A DNA stretch of 41,213 bases from positions 1 through 41,213 of the forward strand of contig JBDRNJ010000022.1 of NCBI GenBank assembly GCA_043811375.1, written 5' to 3'. Position 1 is the stretch's first letter. Each line of letters opens with the position of its first letter. This DNA is from a bacterium. Its GTDB lineage: Bacteria > Zixibacteria > MSB-5A5 > GN15 > FEB-12. Below are positions 36,954 through 41,213 of the stretch, piece by piece. The notes under the pieces are model-generated. The model made no database searches and had not been told where the DNA came from. It saw nothing but the letters and a program-made list of their open reading frames with translations. The position numbers and the translations under genes are program-made.

Positions 36954-37442
36954 ATGTCTGACGGAATTAAACTCCTTATCGTTGATGATGAAATCAAGTT
37001 TCTCAATTCAATCGCCAAACGACTGGAAATGCGAGACTTCGATGTCACCAAGGCAACCAATGGCCAGGAGGCTCTGGAAATTGCCGGGCGGGAAAAATTC
37101 GACCTGGTCTTGCTGGATCTGAAAATGCCCGGACTCAACGGCAAGCAGGTACTCGAAATCCTGAAGAGGAAGCACAAGTTTCTCGAGGTCATCATCATTA
37201 CAGGTCACGGGTCACTTGACTCAGCAGTTGAATGCACACGGCTGGGAGCTTTCGACTACCTGCCCAAGCCGTACGAGTTTGAGAGTCTCCTCGAGAAGCT
37301 CCAGAAGGCGTATGAGGCCAGGCTGGAAAAGAAGTTCGAGGCTGATCAGGATCGACTGGAAAAAATCAGCAAGCTGGCCACCGGCCACAGCGCCCTGGGT
37401 ATTCTGCGTGAACTGCGCAAGCTGGACGACGAAGAGAAGTAA
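36954..37442 (+). CDS. Single-domain response regulator with short helical tail (162 aa)
   Basis: LLIVDDE, LLDLKMPG, ITGHG, YLPKP; no DNA-binding domain. Confidence 0.92.
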   Translation: MSDGIKLLIVDDEIKFLNSIAKRLEMRDFDVTKATNGQEALEIAGREKFDLVLLDLKMPGLNGKQVLEILKRKHKFLEVIIITGHGSLDSAVECTRLGAFDYLPKPYEFESLLEKLQKAYEARLEKKFEADQDRLEKISKLATGHSALGILRELRKLDDEEK

Positions 37443-37454
37443 ACGCGGCTTCTG

Positions 37455-37605
37455 TTCGAACCCCGGCGTTCACCAGTGACTGAGCTTCCAGCAAGTACCT
37501 GGTGCGAATGAGAATACTCAGGCAGGGAGCAACGCTTCCGGCTGCCTTTACGGCCCGCTCAATCACGTCCGGGTCGTTGATGACAATCACAAACTCCTTT
37601 GCCCG
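37455..37605 (-). pseudogene. Remnant of a Kef-type antiporter TrkA-N (KTN) domain
   Basis: RAKEFVIVINDPDVIERAVKAA..APCLSILIRTRYLLEAQSLVNAG matches the C-terminal part of KefB/KefC KTN domains; no intact start or remainder. Confidence 0.6.
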
Positions 37606-37721
37606 TGAAGCAACCGGGTTGTCAATCACAACCTAACTGGTTATATCATTGAAAAATGCCGGTCCGCAGTCCGGACAAGCCCTGCGCTCGTTTTTGGGGA
37701 GTTTGGTTGCCGGTAATAAAA

Positions 37722-37794
<73 letters not shown>

Positions 37795-37854
37795 ATCGTC
37801 AGTTAAGACTCAGATTCGGAATTAATCAGGTTATCGACGGATGTCAACCGAAAT

Positions 37855-38229
37855 TCACCGTCTCCTGAAGATGTACTGCTTCGTTTGCGGCCACAGCAAA
37901 CAACCAAAGGCAATCCCGGCGAATGGGATCAACAACAGATTGAGTGTGTCCCGATAACCGACCACAGCCAGCACGACAATCAGGGCGTTGATGACGGCCA
38001 AACCGTACCATCCCCAGACTTTTAGCTCCCGGTAGGCAAAGGCTACTGTTATCAGGGCAACGCCGATCAGTCCCAGGATAATGGGCTTACCCATATCACT
38101 ATAGTTGCGGTCGAGAACCCCCAGTATGATCTCCACCACACCGTAGATTAGAAACAACGCCGAAAACAGAAAGCCCCACCAGGCGGCCAGCCTGTAGGTC
38201 AAGGGAGCGCTCTTGTTTTTGTCAGACAT
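37855..38229 (-). CDS. Hypothetical 4-TM membrane protein (124 aa)
   Basis: Four hydrophobic segments; GAGAGG RBS upstream of ATG 38229; follows the ROK gene. Confidence 0.75.
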   Translation of the reverse strand: MSDKNKSAPLTYRLAAWWGFLFSALFLIYGVVEIILGVLDRNYSDMGKPIILGLIGVALITVAFAYRELKVWGWYGLAVINALIVVLAVVGYRDTLNLLLIPFAGIAFGCLLWPQTKQYIFRRR

Positions 38230-38254
38230 ATCCAGGTATCCTCTCAAACATCTT

Positions 38255-39223
38255 TCAGTTACAATCAACCAACAAGCCGGCACCAATGAAACCGGCATCG
38301 TTCCCCAGGGCGGCTCTGACGACACTCAGTTTTTCGACGGCCGTTTCAAACGCCCGCTTCTTGATCTCTGCGGTTACGGCCTCAATAAAGCCTGCCCCGC
38401 CCTGGGCCACCCCACCGCCTATCACTACGACTTCCGGGTTCAAAAGATTCACTATCCCGGCCAACCCGATTCCAAGGTAACCGGCTGTTTCATTGATTAT
38501 ATCGGTTGCCAGTCGGTCGCCCCGCTTGGCAGCAGCAAATACTTTACGGATCGACAGGTTAGCTGACCCACCTTCAAGTATATTCTCAAGTATCGGGCAT
38601 GTTTCCCGCTGCATCCGAGTTGCAACTTTGTCAAGTATTGCCTGAGAATGGCAGTAGGCCTCAATTGTCCCGGGTATACCGGCGTGAACCTGGTCGGAGT
38701 CGAAGTTTATGATCATATGTCCCAGTTCCCCGGCTGAACCGGTAGCGCCTCGCCACAGTTTGCCATTAATGACGACGGCTCCCCCCACACCGGTCCCAAC
38801 AGTCACGAACACGGCGGAGTCGGCACCGGTGGCAGCGCCGAATCTCACCTCGGCCAGGGCTACGGTGTTGACATCATTATCAACCCAGACCGACATATTC
38901 AAACGCTCACTGAGAACCCGGCCAATCTCCATCCCTTTCCAGCCACTGATATTCGGACAGGGACCGGTGACCGTACCGGTTCGGATGTCGACTGCGCCCG
39001 GAGTACCGACGCCAAGCCCTTTGATGATAAAATCCTCCTCGGCGGCAGTGCACAGCAAACGCTCGGCTATGTTGCCCACCAGGTGCATCAACGGTGTCGC
39101 ACCTTTTTCAGCCAGTGTCGGTCGCTGCTCCTTATGTAGAATCTTTCCGGAGCTATCGAACAGACCAAACTTGATGTTGGTACCGCCGATATCAATACCC
39201 GCATATACCTGGTTGTCAGTCAT
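38255..39223 (-). CDS. ROK-family sugar kinase (glucokinase-like, 322 aa)
   Basis: GIDIGGTNIK, GVGTPG, VDNDVN, TVGTGVGG, AGELGH, NLLNPEVVVIGGGV, LGNDAGFIGA. Confidence 0.93.
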   Translation of the reverse strand: MTDNQVYAGIDIGGTNIKFGLFDSSGKILHKEQRPTLAEKGATPLMHLVGNIAERLLCTAAEEDFIIKGLGVGTPGAVDIRTGTVTGPCPNISGWKGMEIGRVLSERLNMSVWVDNDVNTVALAEVRFGAATGADSAVFVTVGTGVGGAVVINGKLWRGATGSAGELGHMIINFDSDQVHAGIPGTIEAYCHSQAILDKVATRMQRETCPILENILEGGSANLSIRKVFAAAKRGDRLATDIINETAGYLGIGLAGIVNLLNPEVVVIGGGVAQGGAGFIEAVTAEIKKRAFETAVEKLSVVRAALGNDAGFIGAGLLVDCN

Positions 39224-39297
39224 CTACACTGTCACAAACAATCATTCTCATTCAAGCAAAAGCTTACCCGATGGTATCCAATAAATAAACCTTCTGG

Positions 39298-39326
39298 ATG
39301 ATATAAGTGCTGTCTCAAGCTGTCAA
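39298..39326 (-). promoter_or_regulatory. Sigma70 promoter of ROK gene
   Basis: TTGACA-N17-TATCAT on the minus strand. Confidence 0.7.
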
Positions 39327-39431
39327 GTTCAAAACAAAAAGTCGATTTCGACAGGCTCAATGGTACAATCTTAATGAGTAAGCCGCTGTCAAAACCTCAG
39401 ATAAGTTCGTCAACATCGATCAAGAAGATCG

Positions 39432-39459
39432 TTGACAGAAGACCAAAATGGGCTATATT
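39432..39459 (+). promoter_or_regulatory. Sigma70 promoter of S8 protease gene
   Basis: TTGACA-N16-TATATT. Confidence 0.6.
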
Positions 39460-39587
39460 ACGTATTGTAATCCTTGACGGAGTAGTCATTTGTACTGTGG
39501 ACTTTGTTCCCACCTACTCCCACATTTTGGCCAAGAATAGACAGTAGAGAATATCATATTTTTCCGATCAAAACATAGAGGTATGAA

Positions 39588-41213
39588 ATGAATCATCGAT
39601 CCCGATTGACAGTTCCTGTTCTACTCCCGGTAGGCATTCTTCTCGCTATGATCTTGTTGATCAACCTGCCCGTGTTCGGCCAGACGATAGATGAAGCGTC
39701 CTATGAGGAAGGGCAGTTTATCATCCAGCTTGCGCCCGGCGGTGACGTGCAATCTTTGTCCAACGCTTTCGTCATGCACAACCTGCGACCGGTGAAGGTG
39801 CTGTCGCGGCGCATGAATATCTGGCTCTTTGAGTACGACCCGGGCTATCTCAAGGCGAGTGAACATTCGATGATTCTTCGTGATGTCCGCAGCCATCGGC
39901 AGGTGGAACTGGCTCAGTTCAATCACCACGTATCGATGCGTTCGACTATTCCCAATGATCCCAGCTTCAGCAGCCAGTGGAATATGCATAATACCGGTCA
40001 GACCGGCGGCATTCCTGACGCCGACATCGACGGACCCGAAGCCTGGGACATCACTGTCGGTGATACTACGGCGTTTGGTGACCAGATAGTAGTGGCCATT
40101 ATCGACGGCGGCTGCGACCTCAATCATGAGGACATCGATTACTTTAAGAACATTCACGAGATACCGGGCAATAGCATTGACGATGACAACAACGGCTACG
40201 TTGACGACTATGACGGCTGGGACGCCTATGACAGCGACGGCAGTGTTCCCAGTAGTTCACACGGGACGCATGTGGCCGGTATTGCGGCCGCAATCGGCAA
40301 CAACGGCACCGGTGTAACCGGTGTCAACTGGGGCGTCAAGGTGATGCCGATTGCCGGATCATCTACGGTTGAGTCGATCGTGGTCGAGGCTTACGGTTAT
40401 GCTCATGAGATGCGTGCCCGCTATAACGAGACCAACGGTGACAGCGGGGCTTTTGTGGTATCGACCAACTCCTCGTTCGGTGTCGATTACGGCGATCCGG
40501 CCGATTTCCCCATCTGGTGCGCCATGTTCGACTCGATGGGTGCCGTTGGTATGATTTCTGCCGCAGCTACGGCCAATATCAATATCGATATTGACGTTCA
40601 GGGTGACGTTCCCACTGCCTGTCCCAGCGATTACCTGCTCTCGGTGACGAATACGACCGATGACGACGTCAAGAACACCGGCGCTGCCTACGGAACCACC
40701 ACCATTGATCTGGGTGCTCCCGGAACCAGTGTTTACTCCACAATCCCCGGCAACAGCTACAGCAGCATGACCGGTACCTCAATGGCTACGCCGCATGTGT
40801 GCGGTGCTGTGGCTCTCATGTACGGTGCTGCCTGCCCCTCACTGTTGCAGATGGGCAGGACATATCCGGATTCGCTGGCGCTGATGGTCAAGCAGGCTAT
40901 CATGGACGGTGTCGACGCCAACACATCGCTGGCGGGCATCACCGTCACCGGTGGGCGGCTCAATGTCTACAACAGTCTGCTGGTGATGCAGAGTTACCCC
41001 TGTGGTGTAGCCATAGCGCATACACCCCTGCCTGACACACGTGACATCCTCAACGACTACGAGGTATTGTGCACGATAACGTCGGACACGGGTCTGGTGG
41101 CCGATTCGTTGCTTTTGTACTATCAGATCAGTTCGACCTGGTATGAAGACACGCTGGTGGCGACCGGCGGCACCGACGAGTATAACGCCTATATCCCGGC
41201 CCAGTCGCCGGGC
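39588..41213 (+). CDS. Secreted subtilisin-like S8 serine peptidase (partial, runs off the window end)
   Basis: Translated by hand (absent from the ORF track because it has no stop): signal peptide, prodomain, PNDP..QW, VVAIIDGG (Asp), HGTHVAG (His), GTSMATPHV (Ser); GAGG RBS. Confidence 0.93.
   Translation, partial: MNHRSRLTVPVLLPVGILLAMILLINLPVFGQTIDEASYEEGQFIIQLAPGGDVQSLSNAFVMHNLRPVKVLSRRMNIWLFEYDPGYLKASEHSMILRDVRSHRQVELAQFNHHVSMRSTIPNDPSFSSQWNMHNTGQTGGIPDADIDGPEAWDITVGDTTAFGDQIVVAIIDGGCDLNHEDIDYFKNIHEIPGNSIDDDNNGYVDDYDGWDAYDSDGSVPSSSHGTHVAGIAAAIGNNGTGVTGVNWGVKVMPIAGSSTVESIVVEAYGYAHEMRARYNETNGDSGAFVVSTNSSFGVDYGDPADFPIWCAMFDSMGAVGMISAAATANINIDIDVQGDVPTACPSDYLLSVTNTTDDDVKNTGAAYGTTTIDLGAPGTSVYSTIPGNSYSSMTGTSMATPHVCGAVALMYGAACPSLLQMGRTYPDSLALMVKQAIMDGVDANTSLAGITVTGGRLNVYNSLLVMQSYPCGVAIAHTPLPDTRDILNDYEVLCTITSDTGLVADSLLLYYQISSTWYEDTLVATGGTDEYNAYIPAQSPG

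Noticed and set aside
39479..39520. GGAGTAG..CTACTCC stem in the S8 protease 5' UTR
   Set aside because: No riboswitch consensus recognised and it does not overlap the RBS; would need an Rfam scan.

Overview
Bacterial chromosomal window, probably from an FCB-superphylum or Zixibacteria-like organism (inferred from a C-terminal 'QNYPNPFNP' FlgD-Ig/T9SS-A-like sorting domain, lipoprotein/serpin content and tRNAs without encoded CCA). In order: the right end of an IS481-like element; a lipoprotein; a lipoprotein serpin; rtcB; a REP/MITE cluster; pepF; an Eis-type GNAT; an AbiJ-like (NTD3 + Abi_C/HEPN) defence gene directly behind a purine nucleoside phosphorylase; an 80-aa orphan; a TPR remnant; an ECF sigma factor with an unusual zf-HC2 anti-sigma carrying a Cys-rich ectodomain and a C-terminal sorting domain; tRNA-Tyr; a ~19.5 kb minus-strand Wzx/Wzy polysaccharide locus (rmlBADC, pseBCFG-formyltransferase-pseI, Asn-synthase-like enzyme, flippase, acyltransferase, KpsS-like transferase, Wzy, two GT4s, Wzz-like); a four-gene signalling/transport operon (dCache histidine kinase, CBS protein, REC fused to an SLC13/DASS permease, stand-alone REC) with a candidate Rex box; a Kef/TrkA-N remnant; tRNA-Phe; a membrane protein; a ROK kinase; and the 5' part of a secreted S8 protease. 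The best novelty candidates are the phosphorylation-gated DASS transporter operon, the ECF anti-sigma with a sorting domain and possible internal second start, and a predicted 7-N-formyl pseudaminic acid glycan with an extra ATP-dependent amide-forming enzyme. All family calls come from motif recognition by eye; no database searches were run.
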